Of a stretch of 64,000 nucleotides of DNA, positions 18,925 to 24,734 are shown piece after piece; positions within the stretch are counted from its first letter, which is position 1; every line of letters starts with the position of its first letter. A program made the position numbers and the translations under genes. Source of the DNA: Bacteroidales bacterium. Its GTDB lineage: Bacteria; Bacteroidota; Bacteroidia; Bacteroidales; F082. The notes beneath the pieces are model-generated. The model did no database searches and was not told where the DNA came from. It was given only the letters and a program-made list of their open reading frames with translations. The stretch spans positions 18,547 through 82,546 of the forward strand of contig JAFUAA010000049.1 in NCBI GenBank assembly GCA_017460915.1, given 5' to 3'.

Positions 18925-18990
18925 TGTTTTATAATCGCAAAAACGAATTGTACACAATTCTAAAATGAATCGTACAAAAAAAACGAAAAG
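18925..18990. repeat. Candidate transposase-binding end (R-end equivalent)
   Basis: tgtacacaattctaaaatgaatcgtacaaaaaaaacgaaaag; ACGAATTGT at about 18943..18951 recurs inverted at about 38311..38319. Confidence 0.35.
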
Positions 18991-19024
18991 TGGGCGCGTC
19001 GGATTCTCCTCGATGCGCCCACTT
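18974..19024 (-). terminator. Rho-independent terminator after the last gene of the element
   Basis: 10-bp stem aagtgggcgc / gcgcccactt, followed on the - strand by a T-run. Confidence 0.65.
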
Positions 19025-19027
19025 CGC

Positions 19028-19537
19028 TTATAAGCCCTCTTTGCGGTCGAATGTCGCGTATTTATTCTGCTGCTTCACTTCGCGTTTAAGCCCTATTTTA
19101 AGGCTGCTTAAACAGCGTTCAAGGGTGCGACAAAGGGCTGGAATTATGTCACGCTCATAGAACTGCCTCGGCTTGATTGTGTGGTCAATCTTGACTATTT
19201 CCTGCTCACAGATATTGCCCGTGTCAAGACCTTCATCAGCCCAGAACCATGTCGCAGCGGTCACGGCTTCATTCCTTTTGTAGGCCCACTTGATGGATGC
19301 CGCACCGCGTCCATACGGCAACGGTGACGGATGAAAGATGAGCGTCCCGAAGCGAGGCTCTTTGATAACATCAGTCGGGATTTTCTCCGTCAGCAATGGC
19401 GCGATGTTCAGGTCTATCTCCATGCCTGGCAGATACTCCATCGAATCATGGAACACCGTGCAACCGCATCTTTCCACGACCTCCTTCGCGGCGATATACG
19501 CCTGTGTTGTGGTCTGTCCTAATATCCTCACTAACAT
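19028..19537 (-). CDS. Formyltransferase-fold protein (catalytic domain only, 169 aa)
   Basis: LIFHPSPLPYGRGAASIKW ... ADEGLDTGNI matches the Fmt/PurN HxSLLPxxRG ... DxGxDTG core. The Asn normally two residues before the His is absent. Confidence 0.6.
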   Translation of the reverse strand: MLVRILGQTTTQAYIAAKEVVERCGCTVFHDSMEYLPGMEIDLNIAPLLTEKIPTDVIKEPRFGTLIFHPSPLPYGRGAASIKWAYKRNEAVTAATWFWADEGLDTGNICEQEIVKIDHTIKPRQFYERDIIPALCRTLERCLSSLKIGLKREVKQQNKYATFDRKEGL

Positions 19538-20670
19538 AGTTCCTGGTCTCCTATATATTCAAACCCTTGTACCGCCCTGAAATGGCCGCCAAAGCCACCG
19601 CTCCCGTGTTTCATGCCGCCATTGATTGCCGACCGGCTGAGCGTCTTGATGGACTTGCTTTTGTCGGCGAACTTCAGCGCACCGCTTACCTGCACCCATT
19701 TGGACGACTTGCGCAGGGCACGGCATAGTTGCGGATGCGAGGTGTGGAACAATGTGGTGTACTTGCGCCCACACCGCCCTTGGCCCTCAAGATGGAGCCT
19801 GCACACCTCATTCAGGAAGGCCGTGCCCACACCTATGCCCTGCCACTCTGGTAAGACTACCAAACGAGTTGCCCGATAGTGCCCGCCCTGAAACATGGGA
19901 CATACTGCCAAATGCGCCACAGGCTCGTCACCGGCAAAGCAGATGAAATACTGGGCCGCGATGGGCATGGGCAGATCTAAATAGTAATGCGGCTTAAAAT
20001 AACCCCATCGCGTTCCCGGAACCCGATAAATTGAGAGTTCGATTTCAGGTCTTTGCCGAAGGCAGTCGCGGGTGTAGAACCGCGCCTCGTTTGTGTTGTA
20101 CACCCAATCGGGTTGCAGCCACTCAATCACATCAAAGTGGGGAGTGAGCAGGACAATTTTGCCTTTGCCGCGCCTCCAGCTCTTTGCGAAGGCCGCCGCG
20201 CCTATCTTGGCAATCTGGCGGTCAATTACACTGGTAAACTCGTCCACGACCGCGATTTCAGGGTGTTCGCACACAAGGCGGGCCAGACCTGCGCGGAACT
20301 GCTCGCCATTTGAAAGCACTTTGAAGGGTCGGAGCCATGCCGGGACATCGCCAAGACCGACAGCAGACAACGCGCCGGTCACGGTGTTGAAGTCGCCATC
20401 GGGACAGATGTCGTCGATGATGGGACGGTCTTCGTGCCATCCGGCATAAAGGTCGTAGAGCGGAACGCCCGGAAACATCGCCTTTCCGATGCTGCTCTTT
20501 CCGCTTCCCGACCTCCCGACGATGAGGCCAATTTGCCAGTCCATGTTCTCGATGGGCAGTTCTGCCGCGTGCTGCCATTGGTAGCCCGTTTCGGCGTTGA
20601 ACAGGGACTTCACGCGCTCTGCCCTGTAGCTGGTGAAGTCCTCACAGGTGTGGTTGATTTCGATTCTCAT
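19531..20670 (-). CDS. ABC-type ATPase fused to a C-terminal GNAT acyltransferase domain
   Basis: Walker A GRSGSGKSS, signature-like LSNGEQ, Walker B IAVVDEF, H-loop LLTPH; C-terminal GNAT motif A (RLVVLPEWQGIGVGTAF). Confidence 0.65.
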   Translation of the reverse strand: MRIEINHTCEDFTSYRAERVKSLFNAETGYQWQHAAELPIENMDWQIGLIVGRSGSGKSSIGKAMFPGVPLYDLYAGWHEDRPIIDDICPDGDFNTVTGALSAVGLGDVPAWLRPFKVLSNGEQFRAGLARLVCEHPEIAVVDEFTSVIDRQIAKIGAAAFAKSWRRGKGKIVLLTPHFDVIEWLQPDWVYNTNEARFYTRDCLRQRPEIELSIYRVPGTRWGYFKPHYYLDLPMPIAAQYFICFAGDEPVAHLAVCPMFQGGHYRATRLVVLPEWQGIGVGTAFLNEVCRLHLEGQGRCGRKYTTLFHTSHPQLCRALRKSSKWVQVSGALKFADKSKSIKTLSRSAINGGMKHGSGGFGGHFRAVQGFEYIGDQELC

Positions 20671-20810
20671 ACCGTTACAACTTTAAGTTTTAGACCAAGG
20701 TTCAATTCCTTCAGACGATTGAACGTGTCGATCTGGTTCTGCTCGTCTGTGCACATTACCACAATGCCGTATTGCGGGTGGTAGGTGTAGCTTTTCTTCT
20801 TGTTTTCCAT
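20667..20810 (-). CDS. 47-aa ORF translationally coupled (ATGA overlap) to the ATPase-GNAT gene
   Basis: Hand translation gives MENKKKSYTYHPQYGIVVMCTDEQNQIDTFNRLKELNLGLKLKVVTV; too short for the ORF track. Confidence 0.35.
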   Translation of the reverse strand: MENKKKSYTYHPQYGIVVMCTDEQNQIDTFNRLKELNLGLKLKVVTV

Positions 20811-20872
20811 CTTTGTATGTATTAGGTTGTCTTTTTTTGTCTATTTTTGCGGTCTCCTACATTTACAAAAAT

Positions 20873-20927
20873 AAGGTGCCACAACACCGAGAGGCATACG
20901 GCCTCTGCCGTGGTGTTGTGGCACCTT
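20873..20927 (-). terminator. Long branched hairpin (16-bp outer stem, 6-bp inner stem) between the LysM gene and the modification-like module
   Basis: aaggtgccacaacacc (20873..20888) pairs with ggtgttgtggcacctt (20912..20927). Inner stem agaggc/gcctct. Short T-run follows on the - strand. Confidence 0.45.
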
Positions 20928-20990
20928 TGTCATTGTCGGGGGTAGGAGCCCGACTTTGGAGGCGGGGGCCTTTTCTATGCCCTGCCAGTT

Positions 20991-21206
20991 TTATGCTGTG
21001 GCAGGTACTACGCCGTGTTCGGCATAGTACCTCACCACTTTCTTGTTTTCCACTTCAGGAACAATGATTGTTTCGCCAGTCTTGGGTTGACTGGTCGGCA
21101 GAAGGCCGTTGAGTGCGGCCATATCAAGTGCCGCTTCTGCCGTGCCGCAATGCTGCACCGCGATGTCCCAAAGGGATTGTCCCGATTGTACAGTTATCGT
21201 CTTCAT
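20991..21206 (-). CDS. LysM-domain protein (71 aa)
   Basis: TVQSGQSLWDIAVQHCG..ALDMAALNG LysM-like pattern; its start shares one base with the stop of the upstream ORF. Confidence 0.55.
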   Translation of the reverse strand: MKTITVQSGQSLWDIAVQHCGTAEAALDMAALNGLLPTSQPKTGETIIVPEVENKKVVRYYAEHGVVPATA

Positions 21207-21439
21207 CAGCTTTGGGGGTTGTCGTCGATTGTATTTGGATCAGTCGCTTGATAGGGTGTGGCGGCCATGTACAACAAACCTGTAAGCACCGGCTCGCCCG
21301 TGGACTCGAAGGCAACCCAGCCGAAACCGGCCAGATCTTCACCGACGAATGCACCTATGTAAAGAAGGCAGGAAGGGACGTGGAGCACTTCGTCTTGAAA
21401 ACGATGTGGAAAGAGAACTTCAATTGGGCATTGGAGCAT
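21206..21439 (-). pseudogene. Possible 5'-truncated gene fragment upstream of the LysM gene
   Basis: High-GC 77-aa ORF coupled to the LysM start. Its 5' end collides with a low-GC + strand gene at about 21.40 kb. Confidence 0.25.
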
Positions 21440-21754
21440 GTCAGAGGAAATCCCGTCAGGAATCCCGGTATCGAAGAGGAAATCAACATCTCAAGACGAG
21501 GCATCAAGGAGTTCCTGAATCAAAACCATGACGATTATCTTGCAAAAAACGAAATGATTCGACACATTTCTGACATATTAAGCAAGGCCGAGTATATGGG
21601 GGAAACCATGTACAACGGTAGAGTTTCCAAGATATTCAGGACTCAGTTATGCGGCAAGGACAACTATATCATCGTGAACTATAACGACGAAGGAGAACTC
21701 AACCTGTACAGCATCACAACAAGCCCGAAAGTTCTGGTGGATATAAAGAAATAA
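21404..21754 (+). CDS. Low-GC hypothetical protein (116 aa), possibly a PBECR/barnase-like nuclease fold
   Basis: Start set at the ATG where composition drops. The C-terminal pattern KIFRTQLCGKDNYIIVNYNDEGELNLYSITT resembles small phage toxin/nuclease domains (weak, by eye). Confidence 0.3.
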   Translation: MWKENFNWALEHVRGNPVRNPGIEEEINISRRGIKEFLNQNHDDYLAKNEMIRHISDILSKAEYMGETMYNGRVSKIFRTQLCGKDNYIIVNYNDEGELNLYSITTSPKVLVDIKK

Positions 21755-21837
21755 GCCATCCAAACTGCCTCGTGGAACTACAATCCACGCTCTCGTTTGA
21801 ATGACTTACGACTGCAAAAATACAAAACTTTTGAATA

Positions 21838-22356
21838 ATGCAACAAAAAACTGAAAAAAAAATGACACCTGAACAATTCCAGCAGCGCATCCACGAAATG
21901 AGGGAACAGTTCGGCGAACTCTTCGACCGCTATGGCCTCATGATCGTGGGCAACGTGGCCGTCAGCTGGTTCAAGAAGAACTTCCAGAACCAGGCATGGG
22001 GCCGCATCAAGTGGAAGGAGGTGCAACGCCGCACACCTGGCACCAAGGCCAACACCTATGCCGCCAAGCACCACCCGGCCCAAACCACCCGCAAGATACT
22101 CACCGGCGACACCGGCGACCTGGGCCGATCCATCGAAATCCGTGAGGCCGCCAACGGAACTGTCACCATCTGGACAAACCCGTCCACATTCGGCTCAAAG
22201 GAACCCTACGGGCGCGTTCACAACGAGGGCCTCCGCGCAGGGCGCGGCAGCGGCTTCACCATGCCCCGCCGCCAGTTCATGGGCGAACACCCAGAACTCA
22301 ACGAACTTATTGTCAAAAAACTTGAAGAAAAACTCAATCAAATCGCACAGCAATGA
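21838..22356 (+). CDS. Virion morphogenesis / head-tail completion protein (Mu G / HK97 gp10-like)
   Basis: ILTGDTGDLGRSI ... YGRVHNEG ... MPRRQFMG pattern typical of this family. Confidence 0.55.
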   Translation: MQQKTEKKMTPEQFQQRIHEMREQFGELFDRYGLMIVGNVAVSWFKKNFQNQAWGRIKWKEVQRRTPGTKANTYAAKHHPAQTTRKILTGDTGDLGRSIEIREAANGTVTIWTNPSTFGSKEPYGRVHNEGLRAGRGSGFTMPRRQFMGEHPELNELIVKKLEEKLNQIAQQ

Positions 22357-22934
22357 TTAAATACCTCTATCTCGAACTCGAAAAGAAGCTTCTCGCCATC
22401 AACGACGAACAACCCAAGCCAAGGCCCGTGTTCAAACATTGCGACCTCTGGAACCGTCAGGTCGAGTTCCTTGAGAAGGAAACGCCCTTCCAAACGCCTG
22501 CCGTATTCGTCGAGTTCCCCAACGAAATCCAGTGGCGCACCGATGGCCAACACATTCAGGATGCCGACCTCACTATCTGCCTTCATATCGTCACACCATG
22601 GTACGCCAACACCGCAGCCGATGTGATTGACAAGAAAGTCCGCGCCATCGCGTTGGAATACCTTGACATCCCCACTGTCCTGTTCCGGCAGCTCCACGGG
22701 CAACACGGAACCGTCGAGGACAACAGCGACGACCCGCGAAACCCGAAAGTCATCGGCAACTTCAACGCCCTCACCCGTACCGCGTCCCGTGTCAACCACG
22801 ACCATGAGCGGTTTGTCGACAGCATAGAGACCTACCAATGCCACCTGAAGGATCTCTCATACAAGGTGGCCACCTTCGCCGTTGACACGGTCAACCTCGC
22901 CATCGAATTCGACCCGCATCCGGGACAATCCTAA
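22353..22934 (+). CDS. Hypothetical phage structural (neck/tail-completion-like) protein
   Basis: Start overlaps the stop of the preceding gene; no recognisable motif. Confidence 0.3.
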   Translation: MIKYLYLELEKKLLAINDEQPKPRPVFKHCDLWNRQVEFLEKETPFQTPAVFVEFPNEIQWRTDGQHIQDADLTICLHIVTPWYANTAADVIDKKVRAIALEYLDIPTVLFRQLHGQHGTVEDNSDDPRNPKVIGNFNALTRTASRVNHDHERFVDSIETYQCHLKDLSYKVATFAVDTVNLAIEFDPHPGQS

Positions 22935-24274
22935 TCCCCGGTCGTGATATACTCCATCTGGTTCGTGCTGCCCTTGAAGATGTAGCCGCATTGGTTCTCA
23001 ATCTCCATCTCTTCCAAGGGCAGCATGTTCTGTTTCCCAAAGGTCTTTTCTGCCATTGTCATAAACTCCACAATGTACATGTAGCTGCCGTGGAACTCGA
23101 AAGCCTTCATCCTTCCTGTCGGGTTGCCCTCCTCGTCCTTTTCCTCGATACCGATGAGACACTTGATCCAGTTCGGCGTTCCCTTGTTGTCGCTTTTGAT
23201 GTCATAATCATAGATAGTGAACTGTTTCCCCGCCAAGTCTTTTGGGTTCACATTGGGAGCGTCAAGGCTCCTGTTGATTCTGATTTTCTGCGTTAATTCT
23301 CTGAGTTTCATTTTCTGTTCTATTTTCTTCATTAGGTTGTAGCCGTCCGCATGGCGCAGAAGGCCGTAATAGCTCGCCCACGAGTCGTCCTTCTTGCATC
23401 GTGAGGCGCGGGCGCGTATGTTCTGACGGAGCGTCGTGTAACCCTTGTTGTGGTCGGCAACGTCCTTGTCAGGGTTACGGCGGACAATATAGCCGCAAAA
23501 CGACACCTCCTTGGTCAGCGGTTGCAGCCTGATGGCCGATGCCTTGGCCCTGATCTGCAACTTGTACCACCAGAAGTTCTGCACCCGCCATTTCAGTTGG
23601 TTGGCATCCTCCCGTGTATAGGTGGCAAAGATGCAGTCGTCAGCGTAGCGTGTCGAAAACGGTGCCGCCTGTTTGCTCCACTGGTCAAACTCAAGCATGA
23701 CAATGTGGTGCATCAGCGGCGAGGTCGGCGTTCCGATAGGCAGGCGGCCTTCCACGAAGCCTACCGTAATCCCAAACTCCACCAGTTCCCGGTCATTCGT
23801 CAGCTTGCGGAACTCTCTGCGGAAAACCTTGGGCGTGATGTGGTCGTAGCATTTCCGCTGGTCTATGATGACACAATAGTGCAGGTCGCGCCGATCATAC
23901 ACCACACGCTTCAGCCGTCGGATGACAGAGTTTTTCCTATTTGATGAGGTGATGCCGCAGCCGTGCTTGCAGTTGATGCCGTTTTTGTTGTCGTGCCAGT
24001 CGTAATATGGTTTGGCCAACAGGATGAAAAGATACTGCAAAACAAAGGTGAAAAGCAAGGGGCTGTCTATCTTGCGCTCCTTGCCGTTGGGGTTCCGCTT
24101 GGTGAGTTTCCTGTATTTGAGATGCTTTTTGTACCCGCCATTGGCTATCGATGCCATGACGGACTTGGCATAGGCTTCCGCGTTGGCCACCATGCGCTCC
24201 ACCTCTTTTTTATTGGAGTGGCCTTTGGCCGCATTGGTCATCGCGGCAAGCACTATGTCCTTTGTCACTTTCAT
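22931..24274 (-). CDS. DGR reverse transcriptase (447 aa) with C-terminal extension
   Basis: RT motifs GKERKID, VIIDQRKCYDHI, LPIGTPTSP, RYADDCIF (YADD), VSFCGYIV; lies 145 nt downstream of the TR on the same strand. Confidence 0.9.
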   Translation of the reverse strand: MKVTKDIVLAAMTNAAKGHSNKKEVERMVANAEAYAKSVMASIANGGYKKHLKYRKLTKRNPNGKERKIDSPLLFTFVLQYLFILLAKPYYDWHDNKNGINCKHGCGITSSNRKNSVIRRLKRVVYDRRDLHYCVIIDQRKCYDHITPKVFRREFRKLTNDRELVEFGITVGFVEGRLPIGTPTSPLMHHIVMLEFDQWSKQAAPFSTRYADDCIFATYTREDANQLKWRVQNFWWYKLQIRAKASAIRLQPLTKEVSFCGYIVRRNPDKDVADHNKGYTTLRQNIRARASRCKKDDSWASYYGLLRHADGYNLMKKIEQKMKLRELTQKIRINRSLDAPNVNPKDLAGKQFTIYDYDIKSDNKGTPNWIKCLIGIEEKDEEGNPTGRMKAFEFHGSYMYIVEFMTMAEKTFGKQNMLPLEEMEIENQCGYIFKGSTNQMEYITTGD

Positions 24275-24419
24275 GGCTCAAATTCAAGTTTGAGCAGTCG
24301 GCAAGCATCGGGCATCTCAGCCCAACCTTGCCACCGGCCTCCAATATCCACCGGCTGGTCTTGTATGTCTGCCGCTTCTGGGCACGGGTGACGGGCGCAT
24401 TCTTTTTCTCTTTGCTCTA

Positions 24420-24537
24420 AACTTTAGCAGAACCGCAATAGTAGCTGTTCGTATTGCCAGCGGAGTTGTTCGCATTCAGATACCGCGCCGACAGATTGCT
24501 GTTGTTCGCGTTGTTGCCTGAACGGACACCGACTCGC
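24420..24537 (-). repeat. DGR template repeat (TR), 118 bp
   Basis: Gap-free alignment to 24753..24870 with 9 mismatches, all at TR adenines (coding strand). Rich in AAC codons in the VR frame. Confidence 0.9.
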
Positions 24538-24644
24538 CCATCACCCTCGTTCCACATTAAGGGAACTTTGTCCTCGCGCCTTCAGAGGTCTCGGTCACTA
24601 TGCCGGACTTGGACGCTACGACGCGGCAAAAATAGCGTTTTTCC

Positions 24645-24683
24645 TTTTTCAAAAACAAAAAAAAACCGCCCCATAGGGCGGTT
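24645..24683 (-). terminator. Rho-independent terminator downstream of the DGR target gene
   Basis: Stem aaccgccc / gggcggtt (24664..24683), followed on the - strand by a long T-run. Confidence 0.6.
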
Positions 24684-24691
24684 GTGTGAGC

Positions 24692-24708
24692 GGGCCATTG
24701 CATGGCCC
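24692..24708 (-). promoter_or_regulatory. GC-rich hairpin just downstream of VR (candidate DGR target-recognition hairpin)
   Basis: gggccat tgc atggccc: 7-bp stem, 3-nt loop, about 45 nt 3' of the VR end. Confidence 0.35.
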
Positions 24709-24734
24709 TTGCAGCCGTTGCACGGGGTTGCACC

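Noticed and set aside
19531-20670. P-loop protein at the element end considered as a terminase large subunit
   Set aside because: The motif set is ABC-type (LSNGEQ signature, H-loop). The C-terminal half has a GNAT motif rather than an RNase-H-like terminase nuclease. The mom-end position also argues against a terminase.
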